DNA from: Balamuthia mandrillaris
Taxonomy: Eukaryota
NCBI GenBank assembly: GCA_031835245.2
Contig: JAVKOQ020000020.1
Coordinates: 1 to 64,000, forward strand
Direction: 5' to 3'
Length of the DNA stretch: 64,000 bases
Position 1 is the stretch's first letter, and the number at the start of each line of letters is the position of its first letter. The notes beneath the pieces were generated by a model. It saw only the letters and a program-made list of their open reading frames with translations, was not told where the DNA came from and did no database searches. Both the position numbers and the translations under genes were made by a program. Positions 59,902 through 64,000 of the stretch are shown piece by piece.

Positions 59902-62713
59902 ATGACGGACCGACGCCCCAGTTTCGGTGAGGCGGTGGATCAACGACCTGAAACGATCGCCAAATCTGCGTCATATGAAGCTGTAGGGGACGGACACAAC
60001 AGGGCCTCTGCTCAGCTGGAAGTTCCTGGCAAATACCACAAGAAAAGAGAGAAGAAGGAGAAAAAGAAGAAGGAGACCACAAGCAAACAAGTGAAGAAAG
60101 CGAAAGCTCTGAGTAAGTTCAACACGATGAGCATGATGGAACTGGAGGATGAGAACAAACAGCTGCGACAGGACAACAACCACTTGCAGTCTGAAATGCA
60201 ACGCGCTCAGGTTTTCTTTCCTGTCTTTCTTGATTTTGGCGCTTTTGTTTTCTTTGAGTGCTTTCTATTCTATTCTTGCATTTAACCTCTCTCCTGTATA
60301 GGAAGAGATCAAAGAGCTGAAAGCTAAGTTAAATAAAATCTTGGAAATAGTAACTGGCCAAACAACCACAACCAGCACACCTTCAACCGCAGTTGCCACA
60401 ATTACGCCCAAACAACCTAACAAACGGCGGTTCACTTTGCGAAGTCCTCGCAAAAAGGCTTTAACCGAACTACAACAGCAACAACCACCACCTTCAATTA
60501 CTTTGAAGGAACAAGCAAGAGCCTCCACATCTATTTCTCCTTCCTTAACAGACAGCCATTCTTCTTCAGCACAACCTGAAGACCAACCCGACTACCAACT
60601 CACAGAACAAGAAATTCTTCCAATGGAAACCTCTCTGCTTACTTTAACGTTGGAGAATACTGAGAAGAATAACGGGGAATCCCATGACGAAGATAGGGCA
60701 GAGGTAGATACTAGTGGAGGTTCATCACCGACGTCATCGGTGACAACAGGAGGTGGTACGACTCCCCGTGGAGAATCACCAGCTAACTTAGAACTTAGCT
60801 CAGCGACTACTGAAGAAGACGAGGAAACTGATGAGACAGAACCAAGTCCTAGATCTACAGAAGAACAAAACATTTCTTCTTCTTCCTCCTCCTCCTCCTC
60901 TTCTTCTTGTTCTTGTTCTTCTTCTTCTTCTTCTTTCTCTGTAACAGAGCAAAATGTCTCCAACAAACCATTGGAGCACCCTTTCGGAGGATACACGACT
61001 CCCAATCCCGGAGTAAAGCAGCCACCTCACCCAGCAGCGATTTCATCCCCGGCTTCTTCGGAAGGATCCTCGAAAGAAGGCAGTCCATTTCCAGGTATCC
61101 GTTTGCACGTTCAAGAGGGATTCAATTCGAAGAGAGACGACTTTAAGAAAGGGTCCAGCCTCGCCAGATTCCCTCTCCATAAGCTCAAAAGAAGTAAGAC
61201 TCTTTCTGCGCCTGAGGATGAGCCAACTACAGGAGAGGATTCTCACAATCGTCGCCACAATCATCAGCGAAAGAAAAGTAGCGGAGGAGGAAACGAGGAA
61301 GAAGAGAAAGACACTATTAAGAAAAGTTCCTCAAAGATAAGTCGTAGTTTCGGAACTTTGAAGAAGAAACTACCCAAAACCGACCATTCTAGGCAGAGGG
61401 CGCTCAGAGAAAGAGGAGGAGAACGAGGAACATTGGAACGAAGACGCAGTGTCGTCATCGTACGCAAAGAAGTCCAAGAAGGAATCCAGCAGACCGCAGC
61501 CAACAAACACATTAAAGTCAGCCGACAGGAAGAGATGATTCTGGTCAAGAAGATAATGGCCGAGATAGAACTTGCCAAGAAGAGAAGAGTCGGTATACAA
61601 AAACTTGTGGCCTATTATCGTGCCAAACTGGAAAGGCAACCGCCAGAAGCAGGCGGAAGAGCGGAAGGGGAAGGCGGTCACGATGAAGATAAAGAAAGAC
61701 CGGACGGGGAAGACGAAGAAGACATTCACGAGGCTATTGCCAAGAACGAGGCTTACTTGTATGAAATAGACTTGGCTGTGGCCCTCCTTGTCAACAAGAA
61801 AGACGAAATCCTGTCCAAACATGCCGCTCAAGATGGAGACTTTAGAGGCGGTGAAGGAGAGATGTCCCCTGCCACTCCACCTGCCTTGCCGCTCATCCCA
61901 TCCACAAAGACTGTGTACGCCCTCCGAGAACAACATGATGAGGTTTCATCAGCCACCTCTTCTGCTCCACTCTTGGAAACAACCCCATCTTTGGACGAGC
62001 ACCCTTCTTCTGAAACCGTTTGTTCGTCTGATAGCGAAGAACCAGCAGGACAAGGAAGAGGAAGAGCAAGTGGTGGAGTGAGTGATGAAGAGAAGGTCAT
62101 CATGGGCAACGCACTCTACGACTTCGAAGCAGCCAACGAGAACGAGCTCTCACTGCACGAAGGTGACCAGGTAAAGATTCTGATGCGCATCACTCCTGAG
62201 TGGTGCTTCGCAGAGGCCAACGGCATGACGGGCATGGTCCCCATCAACTACGTCGGCTTCAGAAGAGCACAACAAGGAGAGTACGTAGTTGCCGTGTTCG
62301 ACTTTGAAGGTCAGAGCGAGCACGAGCTGAGCTTCTACAAAGGACAGTTCATCCTTCTTACTGAATGCGAAGAAGGAAGCGATTGGTGGAGAGGCAGAAC
62401 GGATGAGGGAAGAGAGGGGCTCTTCCCTTGCACATTCGTGCAAGTCTTGACCACCGAGGGAGAGCAGCAAAGACAAGCTCTGCAACAGCAACAGCAGCAG
62501 CAAATAACCACGTCGTTCTTGGGGGAGTTGACCTACAAGGTCAAGGGATTGTATGACTTTGTGCCGCAGGTTGAAGGCGAGCTAAGCTTTCATGCTGGTG
62601 AGATCATTACTCTTCTTGACTATCGTGAGGGAGAGGAATGGTGGAAGGGAAGGGTTGGCAATAGAGTGGGCCTCTTTCCTGCCAACTACGTTGAGGTATT
62701 ACTGATGGATTAA
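59902..62713 (+). CDS. Coiled-coil protein with three C-terminal SH3 domains
   Basis: ALYDF..ELSL..GMVPINYV; AVFDF..ELSF..WW.G..GLFPCTFV; GLYDF..WWKG..GLFPANYV; intron ~60211-60301. Confidence 0.9.
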
Positions 62714-62897
62714 AAGCCACCCAAGTGAGGTTCTACTGTAGCATACACAAGCCTACGAAAAATAAAATAAAATAACAAAAGGTTAGGGTTTCATTTGTAA
62801 GACTGTAGTCCTTAGATTAGGGTTTTACCAATATATCTCGCCCCCTGCGAAAAACGGCGATGATAGAACGAAGAAGAAAGAAGGCTTCTTTCCAATC

Positions 62898-64000
62898 ATG
62901 CTTCGCAAGATAACCGGTGGCTCCAAGGTGCTCCAACCCAACCGTAAAAAGAAGGGTGTCAATAAAAAGGAGAAGAAGAAGCAGAAGAAGCAGAAGGAAA
63001 TCAGGACAACATCCATTCAACAAGAGGGCAACAAAAAAAAGCAACACCGGAGTAAGAGAAGAAAACCATGCCCGGAACGACCTGGCTGGTGGACCGTCAC
63101 ATCCCACAAGAAGTATTTTGCAACGAAGGGACAAGTCGGTGCGGTGGTCACTTATCGAGGAGTCCAACTACCAAACTCGTTCGAAACTCTTGAAAGTAAT
63201 GCTGTTCTTTCTTCTGCCTCGCTTTCTTGTCCTTTGTTTTCTCACCTGTTTTTTTGTTTTAACACAGTTCAAATAACAAACACGACCAACAAAGACCTTA
63301 CCGCGTTGAGCTACAAACTGGTGGCATTGCCCTCTCGCAAAAAGAAAGTCTCGCAACGAGTACGCATCTTGGAGTACCCATTGTCCGACATGCAACCTCT
63401 TCCCTCTTCTTCTTCCTCTTCTGCATACCGCCACGTAACAAAAGAAATGTATCGCATGCCTCAAACGTTGGAACCATCCTCAAAAGTCAGCAAAAGGTAT
63501 GAAATTGTGGTGGAGGTGGCAGCAATGGAACGAGGCGGTGCCAGTGGAAGTGCAGAGATTTGTTTGAAGGCGGTTCTGCCAATAAGGGTTGTTGTTTCAG
63601 AGGAAGAACGACACATCATTGAACGAGAAGAACGCCAAGCGAGAAAAGAAGAAAGAGGAAGAGAGGGGAGGGGAGGAAAAGGAACGCAGAAGAAGAAAGA
63701 AGAAACGATAGTGACAACGAATGTACAGAAGAAAAGAGTGGAACGAACTGGTAAAACAGAACACAAAGAGGACGATGGTATGGTGGAGAAAAAGAAGGTA
63801 AGGAAGAAAGCTGAAGGAAAAGAAAGTGACGAAAGTGAGGACAGTGATGAAAGCGATGAAAGCGAAGAAAGCGAAGAAGAGGACGAAGATGATAGTGAAG
63901 AAGAGAGTGAGGAAGAAAGTGAAGAAGAGAGTGAGGAAGAAACTGAAGAGGACGATGGCAGTGAAGACAGTGAAGAGGAGGACAGCAGTGAAGAGGACTC
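62898..64000 (+). CDS. Partial gene with basic N terminus, possible arrestin-C-like beta domain and acidic tail; runs off the window
   Basis: Open frame from ATG 62898 to the window end; in-frame 72-nt intron 63196-63267; QITNTTNKDLTALSYKL...YEIVVEV...LPIRVV. Confidence 0.55.
   Translation, partial: MLRKITGGSKVLQPNRKKKGVNKKEKKKQKKQKEIRTTSIQQEGNKKKQHRSKRRKPCPERPGWWTVTSHKKYFATKGQVGAVVTYRGVQLPNSFETLESNAVLSSASLSCPLFSHLFFCFNTVQITNTTNKDLTALSYKLVALPSRKKKVSQRVRILEYPLSDMQPLPSSSSSSAYRHVTKEMYRMPQTLEPSSKVSKRYEIVVEVAAMERGGASGSAEICLKAVLPIRVVVSEEERHIIEREERQARKEERGREGRGGKGTQKKKEETIVTTNVQKKRVERTGKTEHKEDDGMVEKKKVRKKAEGKESDESEDSDESDESEESEEEDEDDSEEESEEESEEESEEETEEDDGSEDSEEEDSSEED

Noticed and set aside
62781..62826. 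Telomere or interstitial telomeric array
   Set aside because: Only isolated TTAGGG units, not a tandem array.

Overview
Gene-dense eukaryotic DNA with short GT-AG introns that often carry sense-strand (CT)n tracts. An amoebozoan (Balamuthia/Acanthamoeba-like) is plausible, but that is an inference from style and gene content. The first ~9.7 kb is a mobile/decaying zone. It holds a dead Mutator (MULE) transposon with imperfect TIRs inserted into a coiled-coil + PD-(D/E)xK-like (Crinkler-type) gene, an LRR gene fragment, a 5'-truncated cyclophilin pseudogene, MDM35, an isochorismatase, and a frameshifted Fanzor/TnpB relic that still has a structured omegaRNA-like 3' end. The rest is mostly housekeeping and signalling genes: VDAC, RCC1-repeat, PhyH dioxygenase, purple acid phosphatase, Asd, BBE-like oxidase, GT17, ankyrin, SH3-RhoGAP, talin-like coiled coil, an intron-containing ectoine hydroxylase with a mitochondrial-type leader, EF-hand protein, membrane-anchored M43 protease, ankyrin-SAM-Tyr kinase, CZIB/DUF866, a stand-alone SelD-N-type oxidoreductase, PH protein, ELP1, a SNARE/glycine-zipper/FYVE fusion, a triple-SH3 protein and a partial gene at the right edge. 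Family assignments come from motif recognition by eye; no database searches were run, and splice sites were read manually.
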